From assembly GCA_051294905.1 (NCBI GenBank), contig CM119371.1, forward strand, positions 30,940,001-31,004,000: a stretch of DNA of 64,000 nt, written 5' to 3'. The stretch is from Botryllus schlosseri (lineage: Eukaryota). A model generated the notes under the pieces. It saw only the letters and a list, made by a program, of their open reading frames with translations, did no database searches and was not told the DNA's origin. A program made the position numbers and the translations under genes. The first letter of the stretch is position 1; the number at the start of each line of letters is the position of its first letter. Below are positions 62,028 through 64,000 of the stretch, piece by piece.

Positions 62028-64000
62028 TGTAATGAGGTGCTAATAGATTTTTGTCATCTTAAATGGCTGTGATTGACACAACTTTAAACCACCTTGGAAA
62101 CTATTCATATGTATTCTATCAACCCGTGTGCCTTGAATAGTGCATGCATGGTAATGACATTTATATTCATTATAGGATCCGAAGAATGTCAACCCGACGA
62201 TGAAGTGCGATACTCTTCAGAAAAAGTGGACAATCCATTTCGTTTGGGAATCTGTCGATGGACTAATGAGTTTCCATCATACAGTGGCGACATATTGCGT
62301 TTTCAACATGAAGTTTGCGCCAGCGTCAGCGAGTTCATTGAACTTTTCGCAGATTTTCTTGCAAACATTCCAGATGTCACATACAGCTAAATACATCTAA
62401 CCACAGGGTATGTGTACATTAGTAGAGGTGAAAGGTCAATTTGAAGCATTATTAGGACATGGGTAGAGACATGGATGTCAACAGGTCTACATGGATGTCG
62501 ACAAGTTATCATGGGCCTTTTCCATGTCAACATGACTCAGGTGGGACCAGGTCTAGACTATGGGTACACCCATGATTATTTTTTACAGTGTACGAAACAA
62601 CATATACTTTAATCCTTCAAAATTCCGGACATTTAGGCATAATTTAGAATTTCCTCCCAGACGCTGTTTGAACGTTGAAATTTCAGGCATGACCGAGAAA
62701 TTCCGGACGTAAGGCAACCCTATCCTAGACCAACGATCCGATGGGTGCGTCGTCCGAACTATTTTCAGAGGTTTCATTTGGAAATAACTCCTGAAATAAT
62801 AGATATAGTCAATGATATATATACGATGATTGGAAACTCCAGTGAGCTCTGCGTTTGAGCGCGTCGCGAGTCATGCTTCACCAACGGTCTGAAATCGATG
62901 TAAACAAACGGTTCGCTTCTTCAGGAAATGGCGTTAACGTAGCGAAAAGGTTTTTATCGAGACCTCTGTTGCAAGTGAAATGTGTTCATACTGTACAGGT
63001 TTTGGCCAATACCAGTAGCATGGCGAAACTGATGTACCAGTGTGCCTACGTGATGAACATTGTGATCGGAGGTGGTCTCGCCGTATCAAATAACGGGAGG
63101 GGGTGATACTTCATAGTACGAGGTAGAGTTGGAATCAGGTCACTATCTTCAAGTCATTGCAAATTTTTAATCAAGCCCCGAAGTAATTTCTAAATTTTTC
63201 AAGTCAATTCAGCCGGGTTCTAAAACTATCTCTGAAGTCAGGCCTTCTGAAGTTGTGAAAGTAGGCAAAACCTACTTGAGGATATCGCAAAAAGCATCAC
63301 GTTTTTGAAGTAATAATAGTCATTATTCCTTTGTTACGGAGATTCATCTTGTGATTCGAATGCTCCTATATACAATTGAATAAATAGAAATATTTTTGTT
63401 TGATACTTATCAGGAGTAGAGAGTCTTTATTTCATCCAACCAAAATACATAACAAACGGCAGTGATGGTGGTACAGAAAATATGCTTGCAAGTAATCGTC
63501 AGCAGCTTGTAGATACAGTATATACAATTGACTAACGAACTAATACAATGTATGGTCTAACTCTTTTCTTCATACTACTCGAGTTCTTTTCGGACTGTTC
63601 ATTTTCTGCTTCAACAAGTCGATCCAATTGACTAACAAACGTCTGCAAAATCTGGCCTTTACCTACTTTTTCAAACTACTTCATGAGTACAATTCCCCAT
63701 GATATGATGGTATATCTTATAAGTGTATGTGTGCGCAAGAGCGACCCACAATAAGTAGAAAGTCCCTGCCACTGTCCATTTAAGGTTTTATAGACTTGTT
63801 GACAGCCAATGATACATAAATGATTGTTCACAGCATAGACTTTGTATATTCATTTAATTGTAATATTGTCCATGTCCAGTTTGTCAACTCTTACAACCAT
63901 AGTTGACTTGCAAGATGGTGACTTCGAAGAATGGGACGGAATAGAGACTGTCCAACAATCCCCTTCACTCAACAAATTCCCGCACTTACACATCACCATT

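Larger units (their letters stand above)
50870..62590 (+). mobile_element. Decayed EnSpm/CACTA (CMC) DNA transposon with CACTG termini, hosting nested elements
   Basis: TIR CACTGTAAAAAATAAACATGG at 50870 matches the reverse complement ending at 62590 at 20/21 positions; 2-bp flanks CA/TA. Transposase-like remnant at about 52100-52350 (GNVKVKYLSNCRNIH...GYHAILEPLIQDLKTLET). Accessory-ORF-like exon remnants at about 58941-59171, 59449-59593 and 62177-62400. Confidence 0.75.

Overview
Eukaryotic, AT-rich, intron-containing DNA. The LRR-less LDLa receptor and dense hAT MITEs suggest an invertebrate deuterostome, possibly an ascidian (inference). The main host gene is a minus-strand rhodopsin-class GPCR of the LGR/RXFP/GRL101 type. 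I could thread 28 exons (48838 down to 12563, 3422 nt, about 1140 codons, 5' end not found) in one frame with GT-AG junctions. Its ectodomain has about 13 LDLa-like modules and no leucine-rich repeats. The distal part is built from six tandem exon pairs (91 nt + 128-155 nt) encoding an atypical 8-Cys LDLa-derived repeat. A second, diverged copy of the last-LDLa/TM1-TM2 exons lies at the window start, and its TM1-TM2 exon is split by a 2.06-kb hAT element. Introns are packed with often nested hAT MITEs (8-bp TSDs), SINEs and a foldback element. The right end holds a decayed 11.7-kb CACTG-terminated EnSpm/CMC transposon containing an apparently intact CR1/L2-group LINE (ORF1 plus PHD-APE-RT ORF2).
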